This document shows, piece after piece, positions 28,959 through 39,158 of a DNA stretch of 64,000 bases. A program made the position numbers and the translations under genes. The notes beneath the pieces were generated by a model. It did no database searches and was not told the DNA's origin. It worked only from the letters and a program-made list of their open reading frames with translations. The DNA is from a candidate division WS6 bacterium OLB20 (GTDB taxonomy: Bacteria; Patescibacteriota; Dojkabacteria; B142; OLB20): NCBI GenBank assembly GCA_001567355.1, contig JYNZ01000006.1, positions 18,109 through 82,108 of the forward strand, written 5' to 3'. Numbering within the stretch: position 1 is the first letter of the stretch; the number at the start of each line of letters is the position of its first letter.

Positions 28959-31900
28959 ATGAAAAAGGCCAAGACAACCGGACGTATCGGCTGGCTGATC
29001 GACTTTCCGATCAAACGGTCCGGCGGTCACAAGACATTTATTGATTATGCCAACGCCCTGATAGAACATGGCTTTGAGGTTGATCTCTATGTCCGTCAGG
29101 AGGGCAGTCACTCCGCTGCCGAGCTGTTGGACATTATTGCCGACTACCTGGTCCCCACCACTGCAAACGTCATTCCCGGCTGGAATGTGACCGGACGGTA
29201 CGACATGCTGATTGCGACCTGGTTCAAGAATGCGCAGATTGTAGCTGACTACCCGTTTGCAGCGCACAAGCTCTACTTCGTTCAGGACTATGACCCGTAT
29301 CTGCAGATGATGGGTGACGATTATATTCTTGCGGAGCATTCATACAGTCTGGGACTGCCTTCGTTTACGATGGGCAGATGGCTGGGCCATAAACTGCAGA
29401 GCGAGTTTGATGCACAGGTAATTCCGTCGTTTCTCGGTGCTGATCTGGAAACCTATTCGGATCTAGGACAGACTCGTGAACATGCGGTCTGTATTCTGTT
29501 TCAACCCGAAAAAGCACGCCGGCTTGCCGGACTGGCTGTAAAAACCATGGAGACTATCCGCAGGGTACGACCTGATCTGACGGTCTATTCATACGGGTCA
29601 TGGGTTGATCCTAATATTGAAGGAGTTGAACATCTGGGACTGTTAGAACTTAACGAGCTGAACGCGCTTTACAACCGATGCAGGGCGGGTATCGGATTCA
29701 GTCCGACAAACCCGTCACGTACACCGTTCGAGATGATGGCAGCAGGTCTTCCGGTTGTCGAGCTTTACCGTGATAACAACCTGTTTGACATGCCTGAGAA
29801 GGGTGTTGTTCTCGCGGATGCGGATCCGATTGATGTCGCAGCTGCTGTCGTCCGCCTGATTGATGATGAAGCATTCTGGTTTACGCACCATCAGGGTGGC
29901 AAGGAGTTTATGCAGACCAGATCTCTGTCCACTGCCACAAAGGAATTTGTAACAGCGGTCAGTGCGCAGATAGCTGGAAAGAAGCCGGGCGCAAAGACGC
30001 TCAAACAATCATATACCCTGCAACCGTTTACCGCAGAGAGCGACTTTCTGGTTAAAGACCGTGTCATGAGTGATTACCGCAGCGAGGTAGAAAAAGCTGC
30101 AGTACTTGAACGTTCCGGGCTGGACAGTTTTCTCGAACGCAGACGCAGATTTGAGACTCTGTTCAAGCCGCTGATCAAGCTTGCAAAAATAAGTATCAGA
30201 GCACTTCAGATCTCTGTTGCAACCGTCTATCTGGCGATCCGTGATCTGACAGCCGGTATCGCGGGTTTCATTGCGGCCAGGGTATCTGCAGCGTGGCGCA
30301 CTGCCCGGACACAGTTTCAGACCGCAGTTGCGTTTCAGCGGTCATGGAAGCTAGTGAGTTTTGACATTTTTGACACATTACTCAGGCGCGTCTGTCATCC
30401 GGAGGTATCAAATATAAAACCGCGCTTCTGATCTATCTTCGTTTCTATGAGCATCTCCGTGAGATGAGCGTTGCAGGGATATACTGGGAACGACGCAGAA
30501 TCGAGGACAGTCTCGGACGCCTCAGCTCTGCAGCCGGTAAAGATCATGAGTACGTTCTGCAGGAGGTGTTGGAACAGCTGCTGAGAGCACTTCTGCCTGA
30601 TACGGGAACAGACTTCGCGGCTGAGGCGGACCGCTTCACTGACCTTGAGATCGAACATGAGCAGCTAGTCACATATCCCGATTCGCGGGCCTTGCGGCTG
30701 CTCGGTAAGGTAAAGGCGGAGACGTGTATTCTGCTGTCAGACTTCTATATGACTTCACAGCAGCTCGCGAGGATTGTCCAGAAACACATTGATTCTGATC
30801 TTTACAATACACTGATCACATCTGCAGATTCGCTCAGAAATAAAGTAAGCGGCGAAGCGTTCCGGCAGGTGATGGATACGTATAAAGTTAAACCGCACGA
30901 GTATCTGCATATCGGCGACAGTCTGCCTGCTGATATCGAGGGAGCGGCGAAGGCAGGTGTACGCTCACTCAGATTCAGCAATGAGGGACCTGACCGGCGA
31001 AAACACATTCTGGGGGATAAGTTTAATAAACGTATCAATCGTGAGTTTGCCTACAGAGACGAATTTGCCCGCGCACTTGCTACAGTTAAACCGTCAAAAC
31101 CATTGAGCAGTGAGCAGCGCAGGCTGTATGACGCCGGCGTCAGGTATGCACCGCTGTTTTATTTTTACGTACAGTCAACGATCGAGACTGCACTCAGATA
31201 CGGCATTGACGCGGTCTACTACTTTACCCGCGAGGGAGTCTTCTTTAAAAACGTACATCACGAAATACAGAAGAACAATCCACTGGGTCTGGAGCTTCCG
31301 GAGGCGCGTCTGCTCGAAGTCAGCAGAGTAGCAACGTTTGGTGCTTCAGTCACAGAGGTCAGTACAAAAGAATTGATGCGGATCTGGAACCTGTATAAGC
31401 AGCAGTCATGGAAGGGGTTATTTAAATCACTTGATGTGCCTGTTGCAGATTATAAGGAACACTTTGCCAGACATCTGATTGACCCGGATGAAGTAATCGA
31501 GATCGCCCGTCACGAAAAAAGCCTTACTCTGCTCAAGGACAAGGCGTTTATTACACAGCTTCAGTCGGCACTGTCAGAAAAAGCACGCCTGCTTAAGGTA
31601 TATCTGACAAGTAAAGGTATTGATACCAGCGCAGATGGACGGCTGCTGATCAGTGACATCGGCTGGCGCGGGTCGATCCAGGACAACCTCTCGTATCTGA
31701 TGCCGCAGAAAGAGATCTTCGGATCATATCTCGGCCTGCTGCCGCTGCTTAATCCACAGCCTCTGCAAGTGTTTAAAGCTGCATATGGTCCAAACTACAT
31801 GACAGAAAAGGGCAGAATGTGGGAGATGCTGACCGGTATTACCTTTCTTGAACTGATTACCAACACCGATACCGGCAGCGCGCTGGGTTACCGTGAGCAT

Positions 31901-32392
31901 GACGGGAAGATTACCGTACTGAAAAAAGACCTGCCCGAGGAAAACGACGTGTACCGCACATTTACGACATACTTCCAGCAGGGTGTGCTGGAGGCTGTTC
32001 CTGCAATAGCTCAGGTTGTCAGTGCTTTCGGGATCTCGAGTCTGGAGGCTCGACCATACGCGCTGGAACTTACAGAAGCAATGATGCTGCGCCCCGAACG
32101 TATACTGACAAGAGCCTACTTCAGCCTGGTTCACAATGACACCTTTGGAGATGCACGAGAACTGGATATGAAAAAACTTTCAGGACTGCCGTTGTGGCAG
32201 ATGCTGCTGGCACCTCTTGTACCGGCCGTGTTCAGGTCCGTTATGCACAAAGCTGACAGATCAATGTGGCATAACGGCTTTTTTATTTATAATGATCCGA
32301 CAGGTCTGTTTAACAGGTACATTCTGCTGCGCAAACAGATCCGTCGCAAACTTACTGCTTTGCGCATCAAGGTCTCTACATACCGGGGCTGA
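28959..32392 (+). pseudogene. Large multidomain protein (GT4 glycosyltransferase + HAD-like phosphatase + unknown C-terminal domain) split by 1-nt frameshift (ORFs 28959..30431 and 30464..32392)
   Basis: GT4 'FSPTNPSRTPFEMMAAGLPVVE'. HAD motif I 'FDIFDTLL' sits at the end of ORF1, and HAD motifs II-IV ('ILLSDFYMTS', 'LHIGDSLPADIEGAAKAG') sit at the start of ORF2. ORF2's frame is open upstream to 30374. Adding one A to the A4 run at 30416-30419 fuses them. Confidence 0.6.
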
Positions 32393-32424
32393 TCGCAGGC
32401 ATTATATGCTAAGATTTCTGTACC

Positions 32425-33399
32425 ATGAAGATCACCGTAATAGTAAATACGCTTAACCGTCCCGAGTCACTTGCTCTGTGCCTTGAATCTCTCCGCAAAC
32501 AGACATACAAGGATTTTGAAGTTGTGGTCGTCGATCAGAGCCGCAACAGACGAAGCAAGGCAGTCTGCAAACCGTATAATCTCAAGTATTACCGTATTCG
32601 TAAACGGAACAATCTTTCTGTCTCGCGTAATTACGGTATCAACATGGCAGCAGGAGATGTGCTTGCATTCATCGATGATGATGCACAGGCGCGAGAGGAT
32701 TGGATAGAACGTATCGCTGCAGCTTTCAGCTCCGAAGAGGCACCTGATCTGATCGCCGGACGGGTAATTGACGTATCGGATCCCGAAAATCCCGTCACGC
32801 AGTTTCAGAATGGAATAGTGTCATCATTCGGTTACACAGAGGATATCCGTCCATCTGACGAGCGCCGCTACGGCAAAGGTCATGCAGGCTGGTATCTGCG
32901 ACCCATGGGGGCAAACATGATTCTTCGCAAGCAGGCCGCTGTCGCGGCTGGCGGTTTTGACGAGTTTTACGAATACATCCATGACGAGACCGACATTGCC
33001 GTCAGGTTGATAAAAAACGGCGGCACTGCTGTCTACGATGACCAGCTGATTGTAGAACACAATCCGGCACTTGGAAGAAACCGAAAAAAGCGTGGCGGCA
33101 CCAACTGGTTTGCACTTGCCAAAAACAATCTCTACTTTGCACTCAAAAACGGAACCGGTCCTGCACCGCTTAAGATACTGCGCGCGCTCTGGCGTGTGCT
33201 TGGCGGCAGGGGGCCTTACGCAACACTTCTGCAGATGTTTGTCCACCGCAGGATCTGGCTTGTGGCGTTTGTGTTTAATGTACTCAAGGTTACTGCCGGT
33301 ATTGCAAAAGGATTTAATGGCGGCCTGCTGAAACGAAGACGTACAAGAACATTTGGCGAGCCCACAGAATATGTGTTATTCGCAAAACGTCATGAGTAG
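32425..33399 (+). CDS. Family 2 glycosyltransferase
   Basis: 'KITVIVNTLNRPESL', 'AFIDDDA'. Confidence 0.8.
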   Translation: MKITVIVNTLNRPESLALCLESLRKQTYKDFEVVVVDQSRNRRSKAVCKPYNLKYYRIRKRNNLSVSRNYGINMAAGDVLAFIDDDAQAREDWIERIAAAFSSEEAPDLIAGRVIDVSDPENPVTQFQNGIVSSFGYTEDIRPSDERRYGKGHAGWYLRPMGANMILRKQAAVAAGGFDEFYEYIHDETDIAVRLIKNGGTAVYDDQLIVEHNPALGRNRKKRGGTNWFALAKNNLYFALKNGTGPAPLKILRALWRVLGGRGPYATLLQMFVHRRIWLVAFVFNVLKVTAGIAKGFNGGLLKRRRTRTFGEPTEYVLFAKRHE

Positions 33400-33679
33400 C
33401 ATGCCTCCCAAACCCGAAGAACTGCTAAGTCGTCTTCGTGATCTTCTTGAACAGGAGGGGATTTCCACTCCGGCCGGAGCTGCGGCTGATGACCGTATTA
33501 TCGCAGAGTATGTTCTGCCTGCTCTAGAACACAGTCAGAATGTTCTTGCCGATCTGTACTCATCCGTCAGTGGAGGCAGCGGAAGTCTTAAATCTCTCAA
33601 GCAGAAAATAATCGGCAAGGTTGCAAGTGTGTCCCGCAATACCGTTGAAAAAAAGTCTGATGCGACAGCAGCGCTATAA
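33392..33679 (+). CDS. Small hypothetical protein inside the glycan locus
   Basis: 96-aa ORF (from second ATG) overlapping the preceding stop by 8 nt; no motif. Confidence 0.3.
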   Translation: MSSMPPKPEELLSRLRDLLEQEGISTPAGAAADDRIIAEYVLPALEHSQNVLADLYSSVSGGSGSLKSLKQKIIGKVASVSRNTVEKKSDATAAL

Positions 33680-33745
33680 CGAGATGATGCTGACCCTTGT
33701 CAGGTATCTTTACGAACAGCAGCGAGCAAAAGAAACTAAAGACTA

Positions 33746-35953
33746 ATGCATATTCAGATAGTCGGCCCGGCAGTATCGGAGTATTCCCTTGCCCGGGTAA
33801 ACAGACTCCTTGCCCGGCACCTTGCTTTGATTCCGGATACAAAGGTAACACTATACGCACCGGAGCTGCTTGCGGGCAGGGATGTACGGCCGGCCGATCT
33901 TGATCGCTATCCCTGGCTCCGTGAGATGTACGTGACAGAACAGGGACGTCCCGATGTTCAGATCTTCTGCGCGTTTCCTAAAAGCACCGGGGATTCACTG
34001 GGCTTGCAGGCTCTTACTGCACCGCACAGGATGATCTATCTTGCCTGGGAGGAAACGGGGTTTCCGTCAGAGTGGGTGGACGAGATCAACCGTCACATCA
34101 CTGTTGTGCTGGCTCCCAGCGTTCATGTCGCCCGGGTGCTTGAGCGGGCAGGTGTTAACCGTCCTGTCAGCGTGATACCGCTGGGCATTGAAAAAGTTAC
34201 TCCCGATAAGGCCTATCAGACAGTAACGGATGCAGAATGCACATTCCTCCATATCAGTTCGGGTCATGCCCGCAAGGGGCTTGATGTACTGCTGGATGCC
34301 TATGAGCAGGCGTTTACCGGCGGGGACAACACTCTGCTTGTACTTAAGCTGTTTCCAAACCCCAACCTTGACCTTGATGCGATACGGTCACGGTTTGCAA
34401 CGACGGGTAAGCCCCGTCTGCAACTGATTGATGATCCTGAACTCACAGACAGTCAGATCGCCGCACTGTATCAGCAGGCAGACTGCGTTGTTCTGCCTAC
34501 ACGTGCTGAGGGCTTCGGTTTGCCTATGGCAGAGGCAATGCAGACCGGTGCTCTGCTGATTACAACAGGATACAGCGGCCAGATGGATTTCTGTGATGAG
34601 CGTTCGGCTCTGCTTCTTCCGTACAAACTGGTCCCGGCAGTAGAATCACATCACGGGCTGCCCGGATCAATGTGGGCACAACCGGATACAGATGCTCTGG
34701 CAAAGCTTATGAAACGGGTTTACAAAAACCCTGATGGAGCAGAATTCTCTGCCATGCGCGAGCAGGCAAAAAAGAACGTTGCAGATCTGACATGGGAGAA
34801 TACAGCTTCCGCCGTTGCTGCTGTTGCCGCCCAGCTGCCGCGTCTGTCGTCTCTGTCGGTTAAGCGTGCTGCTGTTGTGAGTCCGATTCATACACCTGGC
34901 GGAGTAGCGGAGTATACCCGTGAGCTCTACCAGCCGTTACGCAGTGTTTTTTCGGAACTTCGTTTCTTTGCAGATATTGCAGTCCCGGTGACTGAAGATC
35001 CTGCTGTTGACCGGTGCTGGAACGGCAGAGACACGCAAACACTGACTGACCGACTCAAAGAGTATGCGCCTGATATCCTGCATATCCAGTACCACACCGA
35101 CTTCTTTACACCCGAGCAGCTGGGTATGCTGCTGGCTGAGTCCGCCGGTCATACCGATATGTATGTGACACTGCATATTGTGCCGGAGGGACTTCCCGTA
35201 GCAGCACTGGAGCAGTGCAGAACAGTCTGGGTTCATTCTGTCGCAGATCAGTCCAGGATGCATGCGGCTGGACTTGAAAACGTGAGGATTGCACCACACG
35301 GGATTCCTGATGCCCTGCCGCGACCCGCTGATCAGCTCAGGGACAGGCTTGGAATCCCGCATCAGCCGGTTGTGGCGACCCACGGCCTGCTGCATGACCG
35401 TAAAGGTGTGCTGGAGCTGGTCGACAGTCTGCCAATGCTGCTGAATACATTCCCCGATATGCTCTTGCTGCTGGTTAGTGCTGTCAGCTCTGCAAACAGT
35501 ACATCGCAGGGTGTAAGTGCTCAATTACATCACAAAATCAAAGACCTGCAGCTGGAGCACCATGTCGTTCATATCTCTGACTTCCTGTCGTTCCCCGAAG
35601 TTGTAACGATGCTGCAGCTTGCTGACCTGATTGTACTCCCGTACCACGAGCTTGGAGAGGGTACAAGCGGTGCTGCCCGGACTGCCATGGCTGCAGTAAG
35701 ACCAATGGTGACGAGCGATATCGGAATGTTCGCGGAAGTACCTGCGCACAGAATCTCAGACAGCACGCCGGTTTCTATAGCAGGAGCGGTTGCTGAGGTT
35801 CTAAATGACAAATCATTGCTTGATGATCTGCGCAGGCAGGTCCGTGACAAACTGGAGCTGCAGGCGTGGAGACGTGTGAGTTACGAGTACGCAATCTCGC
35901 TGTCCGAGAGTTCTGCGTCATCATCTGCAACTTTAAATACCCAGACCTTGTAG
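33746..35953 (+). CDS. Two-module GT4 glycosyltransferase (tandem GT-B domains, WbdA-like)
   Basis: Two GT4 C-terminal cores: 'VVLPTRAEGFGLPMAEAMQTGALLITT' and 'IVLPYHELGEGTSGAARTAMAAVRPMVTSD'; 735 aa. Confidence 0.8.
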   Translation: MHIQIVGPAVSEYSLARVNRLLARHLALIPDTKVTLYAPELLAGRDVRPADLDRYPWLREMYVTEQGRPDVQIFCAFPKSTGDSLGLQALTAPHRMIYLAWEETGFPSEWVDEINRHITVVLAPSVHVARVLERAGVNRPVSVIPLGIEKVTPDKAYQTVTDAECTFLHISSGHARKGLDVLLDAYEQAFTGGDNTLLVLKLFPNPNLDLDAIRSRFATTGKPRLQLIDDPELTDSQIAALYQQADCVVLPTRAEGFGLPMAEAMQTGALLITTGYSGQMDFCDERSALLLPYKLVPAVESHHGLPGSMWAQPDTDALAKLMKRVYKNPDGAEFSAMREQAKKNVADLTWENTASAVAAVAAQLPRLSSLSVKRAAVVSPIHTPGGVAEYTRELYQPLRSVFSELRFFADIAVPVTEDPAVDRCWNGRDTQTLTDRLKEYAPDILHIQYHTDFFTPEQLGMLLAESAGHTDMYVTLHIVPEGLPVAALEQCRTVWVHSVADQSRMHAAGLENVRIAPHGIPDALPRPADQLRDRLGIPHQPVVATHGLLHDRKGVLELVDSLPMLLNTFPDMLLLLVSAVSSANSTSQGVSAQLHHKIKDLQLEHHVVHISDFLSFPEVVTMLQLADLIVLPYHELGEGTSGAARTAMAAVRPMVTSDIGMFAEVPAHRISDSTPVSIAGAVAEVLNDKSLLDDLRRQVRDKLELQAWRRVSYEYAISLSESSASSSATLNTQTL

Positions 35954-36399
35954 ATCAGAAAAGTCCAGATAGTCTGCAGGCCGGTGACAATTATTTTTGC
36001 CACAACCGGATTGATTCGCAAGTGTTCCACCTGCACAGACAGGATCAGATTGTTAAACAGGAAATTGAATGCAGAAATCGCCGCATACTTCATCAGTTTA
36101 CTGCGTTTTCTGCCGCCGCCTGCTTTAAAGGTCCAGTAGTTGGATGCTGTAAAGTTGAAACTGAGTGATGTCAGCAGCGAAATAACATTGGAGGCAAGAA
36201 CCAGAACAGCTTCCGGCGAGAGGCTGACTGCGGTACCGACTGCAAATGCCCAGTCAGGCGTAGGCTGAGAGCGGAAAAAGTTAAGAAGAAAGTTATACAA
36301 GAGAAAGTCGATGGCAAATGACGTCACACCGACCAGCAGATAGCGGAAGTAACTGCGCATAAGAATCTGTCTGGCTGTTGCTTTAATTCGCTTTTTCAT
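35881..36399 (-). CDS. gtrA: GtrA-family membrane protein (polyprenyl-phosphate-sugar translocation)
   Basis: 4-TM, 'YFRYLLVGVTSFAIDFLLY', 'NYWTF'. Its 3' end overlaps the convergent GT4 gene by 73 nt. Confidence 0.75.
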   Translation of the reverse strand: MKKRIKATARQILMRSYFRYLLVGVTSFAIDFLLYNFLLNFFRSQPTPDWAFAVGTAVSLSPEAVLVLASNVISLLTSLSFNFTASNYWTFKAGGGRKRSKLMKYAAISAFNFLFNNLILSVQVEHLRINPVVAKIIVTGLQTIWTFLIYKVWVFKVADDDAELSDSEIAYS

Positions 36400-37466
36400 C
36401 AGGATTCAATTATTGACAGCAGTCTGTCTGCGGTTACGTCCCAGTTATACCGTTCTGTTACAAACGTTCTGGCATCGGGCGGCGTTGTATTCAGAAGTGA
36501 CGTAAGTGCAGAACTGATTATAGCCGGATCGGTCGGGTTAGTGAAGAGCGCATGGCCTGCAAGCGTCTCCCGAAATACCGGTATATCAGATACCAGAACG
36601 GGGACGTTATTATACAGAGCTTCAACAGGTGGCATCCCGAATCCCTCGTAGAAGCTGATATAGACAAAACCTGCGGCCCGTTTATACAGTCCTGCCAGGT
36701 CTTCGTTGCGGACATAGCCAAGGAAGATGACATCCTTTTCCAGCCCCAGCCTGCTTACTGTTTCAAATATGTCTTTATAAAACCAGCCCTTCTTGCCAAC
36801 AACCACAAGAGGCATTCCGGCTGATTCACGGATTTTCGCATATGCCTCGATCATATTGATATGGTTCTTGCGAGGTTCAAGGGTTGACACGCTCAACAGG
36901 AAACGATTAGGCAGCTGCTGCAGTATCTCAGATGATTCGTCACTGTGATTGCTTACGATCCACGGATTGAGACCCGGATAGAGCACACTGATGTCAGGAG
37001 TTTTCCTGCCGGCAAATGTTTCAAGTTCCGTTCTGACTGCCTCGGAGACGGTTGCGACCTTCCATGCATGTTTCAGCAGTTTTGCGGCTGATCGTTTATA
37101 GGTGAATGCTGCTTTGCGACTGAAGTATTGCGGGTATATAACCGGCGCGAGATCGTGGATAAACTGTATAGTCTTGGGGAAAAGCCACGCAAATGAGTGA
37201 TTTGATGGAGAGATAAACAGATCAAGGTTTTTGCGCTTTGCATCACGGACAACTGCACCTATCCAGCGTCTGCCTGATAGCGGCAGGCTCCTGTTGACCC
37301 GGATTACAATGTTTTCAGCCTGGGGCAGAAACCGCGGAGCCGATGTATATATGTAATACCTGTTTCGCTTATCACGTTCGACAAGGCGTGAGATCAGACT
37401 GATGGTGTACTGCCCGATACCAGCAGGGGACAGTTCAACCGGTGACAGATCAACACCTATCTTCAT
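36399..37466 (-). CDS. Family 4 glycosyltransferase
   Basis: 'SFYEGFGMPPVEALYNNVPVLVSDIPVFRE' (E-x7-E). Confidence 0.8.
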   Translation of the reverse strand: MKIGVDLSPVELSPAGIGQYTISLISRLVERDKRNRYYIYTSAPRFLPQAENIVIRVNRSLPLSGRRWIGAVVRDAKRKNLDLFISPSNHSFAWLFPKTIQFIHDLAPVIYPQYFSRKAAFTYKRSAAKLLKHAWKVATVSEAVRTELETFAGRKTPDISVLYPGLNPWIVSNHSDESSEILQQLPNRFLLSVSTLEPRKNHINMIEAYAKIRESAGMPLVVVGKKGWFYKDIFETVSRLGLEKDVIFLGYVRNEDLAGLYKRAAGFVYISFYEGFGMPPVEALYNNVPVLVSDIPVFRETLAGHALFTNPTDPAIISSALTSLLNTTPPDARTFVTERYNWDVTADRLLSIIES

Positions 37467-38154
37467 GGTTCAAATCGTAAGCGGATTACCTGAAGAATAA
37501 TATCCAGTCCGTCCTTCATGTTAATTTTTTTCCCTTCTTTTTTATCGCGGGGAAAGTAGGCAACTTCAAATTCGCGGAATGACCACTTCTTCCGGAGTGC
37601 CTTGACCACCCATTCTATCTCAAGCCCGAAGCGTTCGGCTTTGATGTGCAGTGTTTTAAACTTGTTCAGCTTACAGAGCTTGTACGCGCAGAGAGGATCG
37701 GCAATGCTGCGGCCATAGAGGACTTTTAAAAGAAGTGTAGTGGTAAATTTGCCCAGCCTTGTAACAGTATTCACCTTTTCCTTCAGAACCCGCTTGCCGA
37801 AGATGATGTCGACCGGTTCGCGTTCGATCAGCTCAAGCATTCTAAGAATATCATCCGGATCCAGTTCTGAATCTGCATCTTCCACGATCATATACTCTCC
37901 TTTAGCGTGGGATGCACCATTCTGAACGCTGCGCCTTTTCCTTTATTGTGTGCATGCAGTATTAGCTTGAGTCGAAGCTCAGGTTGCAGTTTTTTCAGAA
38001 TCTCACGGCTGCCATCGGTGGAGTAGTCGTCGATAACGATAATTTCCTTATCGACAGGCAGAGCATGGATGCGCCTGACAGCGGTTTCAACTGTTTTACG
38101 TTCATTCCAGACCGGCATAATGACGGTAAGTTTAGGCCGGCGGATCTCAGGCAT
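37463..38154 (-). pseudogene. gtrB: Polyprenyl-phosphate glycosyltransferase (GT2, GtrB/DPM1-like) split by 1-nt frameshift (ORFs 37888..38208 and 37463..37891)
   Basis: 'LTVIMPVWNE', 'IIVIDDYSTDGS', 'HNKGKGAAFR' then a frame change. The alternative frame reads '...NGASHAKGEYMIVEDADSELDP', matching the GT2 consensus. The deletion is in a T/A run near 37905-37912. Confidence 0.7.
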
Positions 38155-39147
38155 AGTCGGCATCGGTTCTTTTCTGTTCCCATTCCCAGGCGCTGGAAAT
38201 GATGTCATCTAATGTATATCTGGCTTCCCAGCCCATTGCCTCTTTGATCCTGGAGGGATTAGCAACAAGTCTGGCAGAGTCACCTTCGCGTCTGGGGGCT
38301 GTATCATATTCCACTTTTTTACCCGTGACTTTCTCGGTCGTTTTGATTACATCAAGAATGCTCGACCCGGTACCGTCCCGACATTAAAAGCGCTAAAACC
38401 TTTATGGTGCTGCAGATAGTCGATGCATGCAGCATGTGCATCAGCCAGATCCATGACATGGATGTAGTCTCTGAGCGCGGTGCCGTCCGGCGTGTCATAG
38501 TCTGTCCCGAAAACTTTGAGTCTGAAGTCATCAGCAAGCAGGCCATGCAGCAGTCTTGGTATCAGATGTGTCTCGGGGCGGTGACGTTCTCCCATGACAC
38601 CTTTGTATGAGCCTGCGGGATTAAAATAGCGCAGTGCCACAACGTTAATACCTGCAAACTTTGTGTAGGACTCCAGAATCTGCTCTGTGATGTGTTTTGT
38701 CAGTGCGTAGGGGTTTTCGGGGTGCAGCGGGTCGTCCTCTTTAATCGGTACACGTTCCGGTGTTCCGTAGACTGCGGCAGAACTGCTGAAGACGAAGTTT
38801 TTCACCCCGTTTGTAATGAGGATATCAAACAGATGCTGACTTCCGACTACATTGTTGTTTACAAACTGTACAGGTTCCTGTGTGGAAATACCGACCTCTA
38901 TTGATGCGGCAAAGTGAATAACTGCATCAAATGTCCGGCCTGCAAGTTTTGTTCTGACCTCAGCCAGGGATTTAAGTTCTGTCTGCAGCAGCTCAAATTC
39001 GCCGCCGTGTGTTCTGACAGCATTGAGGATCTCCTCCTTGTCTTTTTCGAGGTGGTCGAGAATGGTGACTGTGTGTCCCTGCTGCAACAGGACGAGGGCA
39101 GTATGAGACCCGATGTAGCCCGCACCACCGGTGATAAGAATATGCAT
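38147..39147 (-). pseudogene. galE: UDP-glucose 4-epimerase with 1-nt frameshift near 38370-38378
   Basis: 'MHILITGGAGYIGSH', 'YxxxK' region. The ORF stops at '...FNVGTVPGRAFLM*', but the -1 frame continues 'GTGSSILDVIKTTEKVTGKKVEYDTAPRREGDSARLVANPSRIKEAMGWEARYTLDDIISSAWEWEQ' (canonical GalE C-terminus) down to a stop at 38147. Confidence 0.8.
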
Positions 39148-39158
39148 GTCAGTTCAGT

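Noticed and set aside
37888-37891. ATGA overlap between the two halves of the gtrB-like gene as evidence for a real two-gene arrangement
   Set aside because: The alternative frame upstream of the second 'start' reads ...NGASHAKGEYMIVEDAD, completing the GT2 consensus. That makes a frameshift within one gene far more likely than two coupled genes.
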